A program made the position numbers and the translations under genes. From an uncultured Gammaproteobacteria bacterium (GTDB lineage Bacteria; Patescibacteriota; Microgenomatia; Levybacterales; GWA1-39-11), in contig CAZAJO010000008.1 in assembly GCA_964485575.1 (NCBI GenBank), positions 921 to 64,920 on the forward strand: DNA of 64,000 bases. The letters run 5' to 3'. Below the pieces are notes generated by a model. It made no database searches. It had not been told where the DNA came from and was given only the letters and a program-made list of their open reading frames with translations. How positions within the stretch are numbered: the first letter of the stretch is position 1; each line of letters opens with the position of its first letter. Shown here one piece after another: positions 1 through 15,000 of this stretch.

Positions 1-3000
1 CAACATTTCCATTTGTCCCAAGAGTTGAAACCTGAGTCAGGTTACTTAATAAGATTTGGCCGGATCCATTTGGCGCGATGGTAAGATTTTCATTTGTCCC
101 GGTTGTGATATCTGTTGATACTCCATTGAACGTTAGAGTACCTGTTGTCGTTATGGCACCAGAACTTACTGTTCCGATATTAGTAAGGTTACCTGATGCA
201 TCAATTCTTCTGACTCCATTTGTCTGGATATCTGTGACTCCATTTATTGAAGAGGCAGAAAGTGTTGCTGTTGTACCATTGTCAACGAGTGTAAGCAAAG
301 TATTTGGTGATCCTTCAGCATCCTTTATCGTTAAGGTTCCATTGTTCCCTAATGTTGAAAGCGTAATAGTTGGTGTCGTATTTGAAAGTGTCAGGGGTGA
401 GATGCCTGATAATGTGACAGTACCTGACGCGTCAAGCGTTGTTACCCCGCTTACAGCACCGGCATTTGTGATCCCACCATTATTGTTGTTAAATCCACCG
501 GTGATTGAAGCACCCCCTGCTGATACTGTTAGACCTCCGGTACTTACCGTCAAAAGCCCACCGATAGTTTGAGCAGTTGTAAAGTTATTATTTTGGCCTT
601 TGTACGCAACATTAGATAAGGTACCGGTTGTGTTTATATTGGCGCCATTAACCTGAAGTTGAGAGAGAGCATTAATTGTGTCTACTGAAAGTGTAGCAAC
701 TGTGCCGTTGTCAACGAGAGATAACAATGTATTTGGTGAACCGGCTGAGTCTTTTATAGTAAGGGTTCCAGCTGCATCTCCTGCGCCAACGGTAACAACT
801 GGATTCGTGTTTGAAAGGATGATTGGCGTAGCAGATGAGAACGTATTCGTGTTGGTGAACGTATTTGCCTGGTTAAGATACGCTACGTTTGTGAGAGTTC
901 CAGCAGTATTTATATTAAGTCCATTAAGCTGTATAGCGGTTATCGCATTGAGAACATCAGTCTGAACAGTACCAGAAGCTGTTATATTTGTAGCGCCAGC
1001 TATTGCACCCGTGTTAGTGATTCCACCTGTGTTGTTATTTATACCTCCTGTTATGTTGGCACCTCCCGCAGTCGCTACAAACCCATTAGCAGCAGTTATT
1101 GTTCCAGTTCCGGTTGTTACGATATTGCCTGAGGTCGTCAGATTGCCATTCTCATTTATGGCAAGAGTAGCCGAACCACTTGATTGGATCTGTAAAGCGT
1201 TTTGGATCGATGCATTCGTGTCATTAATGACAAGAGCTGCAGAGCCTGTTCCGGCGTTGGTTATTGTAAATTGTCTAGAGTTGAGGTTTGCAAGAGTAAA
1301 GTCAATGTTTCCTTCATTGTCTGTTGCTGAGATAGTGTTTCCGGCCTCATAAGCTTGTTGCAACGTAACATTGTTAACGTTTGCATTACACGAGGCAATT
1401 TGATTTGAAGCATTTCGACAAAGCCCTGAAGTCCCGTTAGTGCCTAAAGTAGGTACCTGTACAAGATTACTCAAAATTATTTCTCCTGTTCCATTTGGAG
1501 CAATTGTTAGATTCTCATTTGTTCCGGTCGTGATATCTGTACTCACGCCATTGAAGGTAAGCGTTCCGGTCGTAGTTATTGCACCAGAGGATACTGTACC
1601 GATATTAGTGAGGTTGCCTGAAGCGTCTATTCTTGTTGTACCATTTGTTTGTACATTTGATGAAGCATTGACTGTCCCTACAGTCAAAGTACCAACTGTT
1701 CCATTGTCTACTAATGTCAACAATGTATTAGGGGAACCGTTTGAATCATTAATCGTTAAAGTTCCAGCCGCGTTTCCGGCTCCCAAAGTTATAACCGGGT
1801 TAGTGTTTGAGAGAACAACCGGTGTTGCTGAAGAGAACGTATTCGTGTTTGTGAAAGTATTGGCTTGATTGAGATACGCAACGTTTGTGAGAGTTCCAGC
1901 TGTGTTGATGTTAGCCCCATTGAGTTGGATTGCAGTAATGGCATTTAGGATATCCGTTTGGGTAGTACCTGAAGCAGTTATATTAGTTGCACCGGTAATT
2001 GCACCAGTATTTGTTACTCCACCATTATTGTTATCGATTCCACCAGTAATTGAAGCCCCACCGGTTGTTACTGTTAAGGCTCCCCCAATGGTCTGACCAA
2101 CGGTGAAGTTATTGTTTTGACCCTTGTAAGCAACGTTTGTGAGCGTTCCAGTTGTATTGATATTAGTACCGTTGAACAAGAATCCGGTAACAGCATTTAC
2201 GCTTCCGGTAAGAGACAAGTTACCGACAGTACCTGCATCAGTCAATGAGAGCAGGGTATTTGCATCACCATCATTTATTGTAAGCGTGCTATCAACTCCA
2301 GCAGTTCCCAAAATTGCTGTTGGAGCGGCATTGGTAAGTGTTAACGGAGATGCTCCAGAAAGAGTGACTGTCCCTGAAGCGGTGATATTGGTCGCACCAG
2401 CAATAGCACCAGTATTTGTGATTCCACCGGTGTTATTGTTGATACCACCTGTTATGGATGCACCACCTGATGATACAGTCAAAAGGCCAGCGATTGTTTG
2501 ACCGACAGTGAAGTTATTGTTCTGACCCTTATAAGCAACATTTGAGAGGGTACCCGTTGTGTTGATATTTGTTCCGTTCAACAAGAATCCGGAAACTGCA
2601 TTTATTGTTCCTGAAAGCGATAGGTTTCCAACAGTCCCAGCATCTGTTAATGTCAGAAGAGTATTTGGTGAACCTTCAGCATCTTTTATTGTCAGTACCC
2701 CGTTGTTTCCGATTGTTGCAAGAGTAACAATCGGCGCGTTGTCAGAAAGTGTTACCGGATTTGCATTCGAGAATATATTATTTTGTGAGAAAGTATTTTG
2801 TTGATTCTGATAAGCGACGTTTGTGAGTGTACCAGCTGTATTGATATCTGTCCCGTTCAATTGTATGACAGACGTTGCATTGACTGTTGCTCCCTGAATC
2901 GTTCCTGAAGCAGTTATGTTGGTTGCACCAGTGATCGCCCCCGTGTTTGAGATACCACCAGTATTGTTATTAATTCCACCGGTTATTGATGCTCCACCTG

Positions 3001-6000
3001 ATGATACCGTCAAAAGACCTGCAATAGTCTGACCAACTGTGAAATTATTGTTCTGATTTCTATACGCAACGTTTGTAAGAGTACCTGCTGTGTTTATATC
3101 AACACCATTCAATTGAAGTGATGTTGTTGCACTTATTGATGATACAGATAGCGATCCACCATCACCATAGTCAGTTAATGTCAACAGATTATTTGGAGAA
3201 AGCTCAGCATCTCTTATTGTAAGGACTCCATTTGTACCCTGGGTTGCAAGTGTCACTATTGGTGATGCGTTTGAGAGTGTGAGAGGGGATACCCCTGACA
3301 ATGTGACAGTACCGGATGCAGCAATAGTTGTAGCACCTGAAATTGCACCTGCGTTTGTTAAGCCACCGGTGTTGTTATTTATCCCTCCTGTTATTGATGC
3401 ACCACCGGTCGACACAGTAAGAAGTCCAGCGATAGTTTGACCAACGGTAAAGTTATTATTCTGGTTCTTATATGCGACATTTGTGAGCGTGCCTGCGGTA
3501 TTTATACTTGTTCCGTTCAACTGGAACGCAGAAACAGCATTTATAATATCCCCCTCAATAGTTCCAGAGGCTGTGATATTGGTTGCCCCGGTTATTGCAC
3601 CGGCATTTGTTATACCACCCAAATTATTGTCAAGACCGGCAGAGATACTTGCTCCATTCGTCGCTGAAAGTAGTCCCGCAGCTGTTATTGCACCAGTTCC
3701 GGTTGTCACGATATTTCCTGAAGTCGTTAGATTTCCAAGCTCATCAATCGTCAAAGTAGAAGTTCCATTAGATTTGACATTGATAGCAATGCCTCCCGTT
3801 CCGGCAGCGGTGTCGTTGAGAATAAAGGCATTAGCTGTTCCAGCATTTGTAAGGGTGAATGATGTGGGAGAGCCAAGGCCACCTGCTAAAGTAAAGGCGA
3901 TATTTCTTCCCGTAGTTGTCGTTATAGTATTTCCATTGTCATATGCTGTCTGAAGCGTAGCGGTTGCAGCATTACAAGTAGCAATTTGGTTCAGAGCATT
4001 TCGACATAGCCCAATAGTGCCGTTCGTCCCCAAAGTTGGAACTTGTGTAAGATTGCTAAGCACAATTTGACCTGTGCCATTAGGGGTCAGTGTCAGATCT
4101 TCATTCGTACCGGTGGTTATGTCTGTCGAAACCCCATCAAAAGTAAGAGTACCGGTTGTGGTTATTGCACCCGATGAGATTGTTCCAATGTTGACCAAAT
4201 TGCCTGATGCATCAATCCTGTCTGTACCTGAGGTCTGGACTGAGGTTGTTGCATCAAGTGTCCCTCCTTGAATAGTGCCACTTGCTGTGATGTTTGTAGC
4301 TCCAGAGACGGCACCAGTGTTTGTGATTCCACCTGCATTATTATTTATTCCACCGGTAATATTAGCCCCGCCTGCACTCACCGTCAACAAACCTCCGATT
4401 GTCTGACCGACTGTGAAGTTGTTATTTTGACCCTTATAAGCGACATTTGATAGTGTTCCAGTTGTATTGATGTTTGTCCCGTTGAATTGTAGCGCTGTCG
4501 TTGCATTTACATTAGCAACAGTTAAAGTTCCGTTTGTTCCATTATCTGTTAAGGTGAGCAATGTATTTGGAGAGACTTCAGCATCTTTGATAGTGAAAAC
4601 GCCATTGTTTCCAGCTGTTGCAAGGGTAAGTACTGGCGCATTGTTTGACAACGTCAGAGGGGAAGCGCTAGATAAGGTAACAGTTCCTGAAGCATCAATT
4701 GTAGTTGCCCCGCTTATCGCCCCGGCACTTGTTATTCCGCCTGTATTGTTGTTTATTCCCCCAGTTATTGAAGCACCACCTGTTGTGACTGTAAGTGCTC
4801 CACCGATGGTCTGACCGACGGTGAAGTTATTATCCTGTCCTTTGTAGGCGACATTTGAAAGTGTTCCTGTAGTGTTAATGCTTGTTCCATTGAGAAGGAA
4901 AGCAGTAGTTGCGTTGATATTGGCTACGGCAAGAGTTGCAGTTGTACCATTATCGGTAAGAGTGAGAAGTGTATTTGGTGCTCCATTTGAATCTCTTATT
5001 GTCAGAACCCCGGCAGCATTTCCGGCTCCTAACGTCACAATAGGATTTGTATTACTAAAAGTAAGTGGACTTGCGCTTGAAAGAGTAACAGTACCTGATG
5101 CATCAATCGTGGTTGCCCCGGCAATAGCTCCGGTTCCGGTTATACCACCTGCATTATTTGCAATTCCACCGGTAATGTTTGCTCCACCGGCATTGATTGT
5201 AAGACCACCAGTTGTGATCGTCTGAAGAGCAGTGAAAGTATTGGCCTGATTTTGGTATGCAACATTTGTGAGTGTACCTGCAGTATTTATGTCTGTACCA
5301 GCAAGTTGAATAACGCTTGTTGCATTAAGAGTCGCACCTTGAATAGTGCCACTGGCTGTGATGTTAGTAGCACCTGTAATGGCGCCGGTATTGGTGATAC
5401 CACCGGTATTATTGTTGATACCCCCCGTTATTGATGCGCCACCTGATGATACAGTTAAAAGACCAGCAATTGTCTGACCTACAGTGAAATTATTGTTCTG
5501 GCCTTTGTAAGCAACGTTAGTAAGAGTACCTGTCGTATTTATATTTGCACCATTTATTTGAAGAGCAGAAAGAGCATTAACTGTCCCAACGGTAAGGGTT
5601 GCATCTGTTCCATTGTCAACCAAAGTCAACAACGTATTTGGTGAACCGGCAGAATCTTTAATAGAAAGCGTGCCATTGGCGTCTCCTGCCCCGAGTGTTA
5701 TATCTGGTGCCGAATTGGTTAACGTTATTGGCGCGGCTGATGAAAGGGTCACGGTTCCAGAAGCTGCAATTGTTGTCGCACCAGCAATTGCACCTGTGCT
5801 TGTTATGCCGCCTGCGTTATTATTGATACCACCATTGATTGATGCGCCACCAGCACTTACCGTAATACCACCAGTCGTAACAGTCAAAAGACCTCCAATT
5901 GTTTGTCCTACGGTAAAGTTATTATTTTGACCCTTGTAAGCAACGTTAGTAAGAGTACCTGTCGTATTTATATCTGTTCCTCCGAGTGTAAATCCTGTAC

Positions 6001-9000
6001 TTGCATTGACAGTTCCAACAGATAAGGTGCCGACAGTTCCATTGTCTGTGAGCGTAAGAAGTGTATTTGGAGACCCTTCAGCATCAGATATTGTCAGAGT
6101 TCCATCTGTACCTGCAGTTGCCAGCCTTATATTTGGATTTGCATTTGAAAGAGTGAGAGGTGATGACCCGGTAAGAGTTGCTGTTCCGCTTGCCGTTAGG
6201 TTTGTTATTCCTGTAATTGAACCTGTGTTTATTATTCCTCCTGAATTGTTATTAATACCACCCTTAAGGTATGCTCCTCCTGAATTAACAGTGAGAGCAC
6301 CTGCAGACGTGATTGTTCCGGTAGCAGTTGTAGTGATATTTCCGCTAGTTGAAATATTTCCAAGCTCTGAAATCGACAATTTTGAAACACCAGCAGATTG
6401 AACATCAAGAGCAACCCCTCCGGTTCCAGCATTGGTGTCATTGATGACAAATGCATTGGCAGACCCGGCATTCGTTAGAGTGAATTGAGTAGAAAGACCA
6501 GAGTCTAATGTGAAGTCAATGTTGCGTCCAGAGGTCGTAAGGATAGTGTTACCGGCATCATATGCTTGCTGTAATGTAACGGCACTTGCGTTTGCTGCAC
6601 AAGTAGAGAGTTGGTTGCTCGCGTTTCGGCAAACTGTTGTTAACCCGGTCGTTGCTGAAAGGGTAGCAACCTGGACGTAGTTGTTTAGGAGTATTTCGCC
6701 CGTTCCATTTGGTGCCAAAGTAAGGTTCTCATTTGGTCCTGTTGTGATATCGGTTGGAACTCCATTAAATGTTAAAACACCACTTGTTGTTATTGCACCT
6801 GAGCTTATTGTATTGATATTTGTCAGGTTACCGATTACATCTAATCTTGTTACTCCATTAGTTTGAATATTATTTGTAGCATTGAGGGTAGCTCCCTCAA
6901 TTGTGCCACTGGCTGTAATGTTTGTTGCACCTGTTATTGCACCGGTATTTGTGATTCCACCTGCGTTATTGTTGATGCCTCCTGTTATTGATGCACCTCC
7001 TGTTGTGACAGTAAGTGCTCCACCGATGGTTTGACCGACGGTGAAGTTGTTATCTTGACCCTTATAAGCAACGTTTGAAAGCGTACCGGTTGTATTAATG
7101 CTTGTTCCATTGAGAAGGAAAGCTGTAGTTGCGTTGATATTGGCTACGGCAAGAGTTGCAGTTGTACCATTATCGGTAAGAGTGAGAAGTGTATTTGGTG
7201 CTCCATTTGAATCTCTTATTGTCAGAACCCCGGCTGCATTTCCAGCTCCAAGTGTGATTATTGGAGTTGTATTTGAAAGGGTTAATGGCGAACCACTGGA
7301 AAGTGTTACCGTTCCAGAAGCAGCAATCGTTGTTGCACCGGCGATTGCACCGGTATTTGTTATACCACCTACATTATTGTCTATACCCCCAGTGATATTT
7401 GCTCCACCAGCACTGATGGTAAGACCGCCCGATGATATTGTTTGAAGAGCGGTGAAAGTATTGGCTTGATTTTGGTATGCAACGTTTGTGAGAGTTCCTG
7501 CTGTGTTGATATCAACTCCATTAAGTTGAATAACTGACGTACCATTAATGGTTGCTCCTTGAATAGTGCCACTGGCTGTGATGTTAGTAGCACCAGTAAT
7601 GGCGCCGGTATTGGTGATACCACCGGTATTATTGTTGATACCTCCAGTTATAGATGCTCCATCCGCACTGATAGTGAGTCCGCCGGTTGTGATCGTCTGA
7701 AGAGCCGTAAAGGTATTTGATTGATTTTGGTAAGCAACGTTTGTTAATGTACCTGCAGTGTTGATATCAACCCCACCGATCTGCAATGTCGTTCCAGCAT
7801 TTACTGATCCTGTAACAGAAAGATTCCCGACAGAACCAGCATCTGTCAAGGTTAGCAGAGTATTTGGAACACCTGCAGAATCTTTGATCGTAAATGTTCC
7901 ATTGGCATTTGCAGCACCCAATGTAACAATCGGATTCGTGTTACTAAATGTAAGAGGGGAGCCAGCAGAGAGTGTTACAAGTCCAGATGCTCCGATTGTT
8001 GTAGCACCTGAGATAGCACCAGTGTTTGTGATGCCACCTGTGTTATTGTTAATTCCTCCAGTTATTGATGCGCCACCCGTTGTAACCGTTAAAGCTCCAC
8101 CGATAGTCTGACCCACGGTGAAGTTGTTATCCTGTCCTTTGTAGGCGACATTACTAAGAGTGCCGGTTGTGTTGATGTTTGTTCCTCCTAGTAAGAATCC
8201 GTTCGCTGCATTTATTGTTCCTGTAACCGAAAGATTTCCAACTGTACCGGCATCGGTAAGAGTCAAAAGTGTATTTGGAGAACCTTCTGCATCTTTTATT
8301 GTTAATACTCCATCAACTCCAGCAGTTGCCAGAGAGATATTTGGAGTCCCGTTGGTAAGAGCAAGAGGATTTGCCCCTGACAATGTAACGACGCCTGATG
8401 CATCAATTGTTGTTGCTCCGGATATTGAAGCCGTGTTTATTATTCCGCCATTGTTGTTGTTGATACCACCAACGACTGAAAGACCACCAGCAGAAATAAT
8501 CTGTGCAGCCGTAAATGTATTTGATTGATTTTTGTATGCAACATTGGACAAAGTGCCTGCTGTGTTAATATTTGTTCCATTCAATTGAATTGCAGTAATT
8601 GCATTGAGTATATCGGTCTGAGTCGTTCCACTTGCTGTAATATTTGTAGCACCCGTAATTGCACCCGTATTTGTAATGCCTCCGGTATTATTATTAATAC
8701 CTCCAGTTATATCGGCTCCACCAGCTTGAATAGCAAGTCCCCCTGTTGTGATTGTTTGACCTGCTGTGAAAATATTAGCTTGGTTGAGATAGGCAACATT
8801 CGTAAGCGTACCTGCAGTATTTATGTTGGTTCCATTCAATAGATAACCGGTCCCAGCATTTATTGTTCCTGTGACTGAAAGATTGCCAACGGTACCGGCG
8901 TCGGTAAGTGTTAGAAGTGTGTTGGGGGAACCTGCAGAATCCCTTATTGTCAAAACACCATTCGCATTACCAGCTCCTAATGTCACTATCGGATTGGTAT

Positions 9001-12000
9001 TACTAAAAGTTAATGGAGATGCAGCAGATAAAGTAACAAGTCCTGATGCTCCAATTGTTGTTGCACCGGAGATAGCACCGGCATTTGTGATACCACCAGT
9101 ATTATTGTTGATGCCCCCGGTTATTGACGCTCCACCCGCACTTACGGTTAATGCTCCTGCTGATGTTATTGTTCCAGTTCCAGTTGTTGCGATGTTTCCA
9201 GATGTTGTGATGGTTCCAAGTTCTGTGATTGTCAAAGCTGAAGCGCTTGCAGACTGTATTTCAAATGCGATTCCACCTGATCCGGTACGTACGTCATTTA
9301 TGACAAACGCGTTCGCGCTTCCGGCATTCATGAGAGTGAAGGACGTTGGAGTTCCCGAATCCGTGTTTTCATCGTAAAGCGTAAAGTCGATATTTCGACC
9401 GGAGGTTGTAAGAATTGTATTCCCAGCATCATAAGCAAGTTGAAGCGTAACGCCATTTGAATTTGGTGCACATGCAGACAAGAAGTCACCTGCATTGCGG
9501 CACAAAGCCGTCGAGCCGTCAGGTGAAGCAAGAGTTGGAATCTGTATCGTATCATTGAGGTTGATAACTCCCGATCCATTAGCAACGAGTGTAAGATCTT
9601 CATTGCTTCCAGTTGTAATGTCTGTTGCAGCACCAGTTATAGTAACGGTTCCTGCGATATTTTGTGCAGTTGTGAAATTGTTGTTCTGGCCTTTGTAAGC
9701 AACATTTGTGAGAGTTCCGGTTGTGTTGATGCTTGTGCCATTCAATTGGAACACTGAGGTAGCATTGATAGTCGCACCTTGAATTGTGCCTGAAGCGGTG
9801 ATGTTTGTCGCTCCTGTTATTGCACCCGTGTTTGTGATACCACCGGTATTATTGTTGATGCCTCCGGTGATATTTGCACCACCAGCATTTATTGTAATAC
9901 CTCCTGTATTTATCGTCTGGCCGATGGCAAAAAGATTTGCCTGATCAAGATATGCAACGTTTGAAAGAGTTGTACCAACATTTATGTTGGTACCGTTCAG
10001 TAAAAATCCGGTTGTTGCATTGATGTTGGCAACTGCAAGTGTTGCATTTGTTCCATTATCGGTAAGTGTCAGAAGGGTATTTGGTGACCCTTGAGCATCT
10101 GCAATAGTGAGGACACCATCAACTCCGGTGGTTGCCAATGTTAGAACTGGTGCTGCATTTGAGAGAGTAAGCGGGGAAGCACCTGATAATGTCACGACAC
10201 CCGAAGCAGTGATATCTGTTACTCCAGAAATAGCTCCTGTGCTTGTTATTCCACCAGCGTTATTATTGATACCTCCGGTTATTGATGCGCCTCCGGTTGT
10301 GACGGTTAAAGCTCCACCGATGGTTTGGCCAACCGTGAAGTTGTTGTTTTGTCCTTTGTATGCGACGTTTGTGAGAGTTCCGGTTGTGTTGATGTTTGTT
10401 CCGTTCAATAGATATCCTCCAACTGCATTGATTGTTCCAGTCACTGAAAGATTTCCTACTGTACCAGTATCGGTTAATGTAAGAAGCGTGTTTGGAGAAC
10501 CCTCTCCATCTCTTATCGTGAGCGTACCATTGGATCCTGCTGCAGCCACAGTTATTGCAGAGGTGGTCGCAGTAAGTGCGAGTGGGGTACTACTTGAGAG
10601 TGTAACAAGGCCAGATGCATCAATCGTTGTTGCACTGCCAATAGCGCCGGTATTTGTTATACCTCCATTGTTGTTATTAATACCCCCAGTGACGGATAGC
10701 CCACCTGATGAGATTATTTGTGCTGCAGTGAATGTATTGGATTGATTCTTGTATGCAACATTTGTGAGAATACCTGCGGTATTTATATCAGTTCCGTTCA
10801 GCTGAAGAGCAGTAATAGCATTGATGATATCTCCCTGAATCGTTCCTGACGCAGTAATATTTGTAGCACCGGTTATAGCACCTGTGTTTGTGATACCACC
10901 AGTATTGTTGTTAATTCCACCGGTTATTGATGCGCCACCGGTTGTGACGGTTAAGGCTCCACCGATGGTTTGGCCAACTGTGAAGTTATTGTTTTGTCCT
11001 TTGTACGCAACGTTTGTGAGAGTTCCGGTTGTGTTGATGTTAGTTCCACCCAAAAGTATTCCTGTTCCTGCATTTATGGACCCTGTCACTGAAAGATTAC
11101 CTGTAGTACCGGTGTCTGTTAATGTTAGAAGGGTATTTGGAGCTCCTTCTGCATCTTTTATAGTAAGGACTCCATTCGTGCCAGCTGTAGCAAGAGTAAT
11201 TACTGGAGCACTATCTGAAAGAGTTAGAGGTGCGGCATTTGAAAGGGTCACAACTCCAGAGGCGTCAATTGAAGTTGCGCCACTTATCGCACCGGCATTT
11301 GTGATACCCCCTGCGTTGTTGTTGATACCACCGGTAACATCAAGCCCACCGGCTTGGATTGCAAGTCCCCCAGTCGTAATGATCTGACCGGCAGTGAAGG
11401 TATTTGATTGGTTTTTATATGCAACGTTTGTGAGGGTGTTTGCAGTATTTATATTTGCACCATTCAATTGAAGAGCACTTGTCGCATTGATCGTGCCAAC
11501 TGTCAAAGTTGCAACAGTTCCGTTGTCAACAAGAGTAAGAAGTGTATTTGGTGTTCCATTTGAATCTTTGATTGTAAGCGTACCGGCAGCATTTCCAGCA
11601 CCCAAAGTGATGATTGGAGTAGTGTTTGAAAGCGTAAGTGGGGAGGCTCCTGATAGCGTCACTACACCTGAAGCAGCAATTGTAGTTGCTCCGGCGATTG
11701 CACCTGTGTTTGTGATGCCACCATTATTATTGTTGATTCCACCAGAAATGTTTGCACCCCCCGCAACAACAGTTATTCCGCCGGTATTGATGGTTTGTCC
11801 CAAGGTGAATGTATTAGCAGTATCAAGGTACGCAACGTTTGATAATGTACCACCGGTATTTATATTTACACCGTTGAGTTGAATTGCTGTTATCGCATTT
11901 AATATATCTGTTTGCGTCGTTCCTGATGCAGTAATATTTGTAGCACCGGTTATGGCACCCGTGTTTGTGATGCCACCAGTGTTATTGTTAATTCCACCTG

Positions 12001-15000
12001 TTATTGAAGCGCCACCTGTTGTGACGGTTAAGGCTCCACCGATGGTTTGGCCAACAGTGAAGTTGTTGTTTTGTCCTTTGTACGCAACGTTTGTGAGAGT
12101 TCCGGTTGTGTTGATGTTTGTTCCGTTGAGTTGGAATCCACTAACAGCATTTATTGTGCCACTTATTGCAAGATTTCCAACGGTACCAGCGTCGGTAAGC
12201 GCAAGAAGGGTATTTGGTGACCCTTCTGCATCCCTGATCCTCAACACTCCATTATTTCCTGCGGTTGCAAGCGTAATATCAGGAGCACTGTTAGACAGAG
12301 TGAGTGGGGCAGCCGAGGAGAAGGTGTTGGTATTAGTAAATACGTTTGCTTGGTCTAGATAGGCAACATTTGATAGTGTTCCACCCACATTTATACTTGT
12401 TCCGTTGAGCTGGAATGCTGTCAATGCGTTGATTGTATCTCCCTGAATAGTTCCCGACGCAGTGATATTTGTTGCTCCTGTTATTGCACCGGTGTTTGTG
12501 ATTCCACCATTGTTGTTGTTGATTCCACCTGTTATTGAAGCGCCCCCCGCACTAACAGTAAGGGCACCTGCTGAGGTTATAGTTCCAGTTCCAGTTGTCG
12601 CGATGTTACCTGATGTTGATATAGTACCTAGCTCAGAAATTGTTAACGCAGAGACACTTGCAGACTGTACCTCAAAAACAATTCCACCCGATCCAACATT
12701 TGAGTCATTGATCACAAAAGCGTTTGCGCTTCCTGCATTTGTAAGTCTTAACTGAGTCGTAAGACCGGAATCAAGAGTGAAGTCGATGTTCTTTCCTGCA
12801 GTTGTAAGGATCGTATTTCCACCGTTATATGCTGATTGTAAGGTTACTCCAAATGCTGTAGGGTCACATTGTGAAAGTTCATTCGTTGCATTTTGACAAA
12901 GGACGGTAAAGCCTTGAACACCTGCAAGTATTGGAATTCCAACTGTATCGTTAAGTACAATCTTACCTGTACCATTTGCTAGCAGTGTAAGATCCTGATT
13001 TGATACTGTTGTTATATCTGTTGAAACTCCACTAAATGTAAGTGTACCTGTGGTGGTGATAGCCCCAGAAGCTATTGTTCCAATGTTGACAAGATTTCCT
13101 GATGCGTCAACCCTTTGCGTTCCATTCGTCTGTATCGAAGTTACTGCATTTAGTATATCCCCCTGGCTAGTGCCAGATGCTGTTATGTTTGTTGCTCCTG
13201 TAATTGAACCAGTGTTTGTTATACCACCTGTGTTATTGTTGATTCCACCGTTGATAGATGCCCCTCCAGCTGTAACAAATAGTCCATTAGCTGAAGTTAT
13301 CGTTCCTGAACCGATTGTCTGGATGCTATTTGAAGATGAAATGTAACCACTCGTTGAGGCATTTCCGCTTTCATCAATGGTAAGTCTTCTATTTCCACCA
13401 GACTGGATTTCAAGAGCTACTTGGTTTGGAGCGGCATTATTATCATTGATAATAAATGCCGATGCTGTTCCTTCGTTTGTTAAAGTAAGTGAGGTTGCAG
13501 CATTGAGACCGGAAGCAAGAGTAAAGTCGATGTTTCTACCCGAGTTTGTAAGAATTGTATTTCCGTTGTCATAGGATGATTGCAAGGTGCCTGCTGATGA
13601 GCCAACGTCGCAGAGAACTACTTCATCATCTCCATTAGTACAAAGAGGACTTCCAACAACAGTAACTAAGTTCTCTATGGTTACCGTACTGTTTGCTGCA
13701 AGTGTAGTGAATTTTCCTGATGAGCGCGTAGTGTTTCCGATTGGTGTATTGTCTATAGATCCTCCCGTTATAACAGCGTTACTTGAAGAGAGATTGTTTG
13801 CAGTAACTGCACCAACGAGATTTACCGTATCTGTTCCGGATCCGATATTAATAAAGTCTGGACTCGTGTTGTCTGTTCCGATATTGACGGTGTTACCGGT
13901 CGACAACGTTCCAATATTGATTGAGCCATTGGCTGATGCTCCGGCTCCTGCATTAATTGTGACTGATCCACCGGTTGATCCTCCGGCAGTAGATGTCCCA
14001 GCAACTAGTCTGAGATTTCCACCCGTAGCATCAACAGTAGAGCTTGCCGGATTGATAGTGATATCAGTTCCACCAACGAGGGTAGTAATGTCTGATGTGT
14101 TGTCTCCGGCAAGATATATAACTCCTGCCTCAGACACCTTAAGGGTTGATGCGCCATTTGACTGAAGATCAAAGAATGTACCGCCTCCCCCAGCTGATGT
14201 GTCATTGAGAATGAATGCACTTGCAGTACTTTGATTTTCCAAAGTGAAAGATGTTGGAAGATTAAGACCCGGAGCCAATGTGAATGCAATATTTCGTCCG
14301 TCATTTGTAAGGATTGTATTTCCATTATTGTATGAGGACTGAAGGGTTCCGGTTCCTGATCCTATTGAACATTTGATTATGTTATCGAATGAATCTATAC
14401 ATAGCGCAGTTCCTGAGCTTGTCGTCAAATTTTCGATAAGGACAGTGCTATTGGCAGCAAGTGTTGTGAATGCACCAGAAGAGCGGACGGTAGCACCAAC
14501 GCTCGTTCCATTTATAGTTCCTCCAGTAACAGTCACTCCGCTTGAGTTGAAGTTGTTAGCTGTAACTGACCCGACAAGGTTTATGGTGTCTAACAAAGAC
14601 CCTATATTGACAATATCGGCCAAGGTATCATTTGTTGCTATATTTATGACATTTCCCCCGGTTCCGGTTCCTATATAGATAGTCTTTGCACTATTACCAA
14701 TACCTAGATTAATGTCTCCTGTCGTTCCTGTATCAAGAGTTAGGGAATTGGAACCTGTAGCAGATATCGTTCCGACTCCAGCAAAAGTTAGATCGGTTGC
14801 ACTAACGCCAATTGTGTCAAGACTAATGACGCCCGTTAATGCTCCAAGCGTTGTGACATTTAATCCTCCGTTTGATGTGACCGCAAAAGTACCGGTAGCA
14901 TTGCCAATTGCTACATTTCCTGTTCCGGTTGTTGCGATGTTTACATCGGATGCACCTGAAGTTCCAAGATTTGTCGTACCTGTTGATGAAAGAGTTGTAA

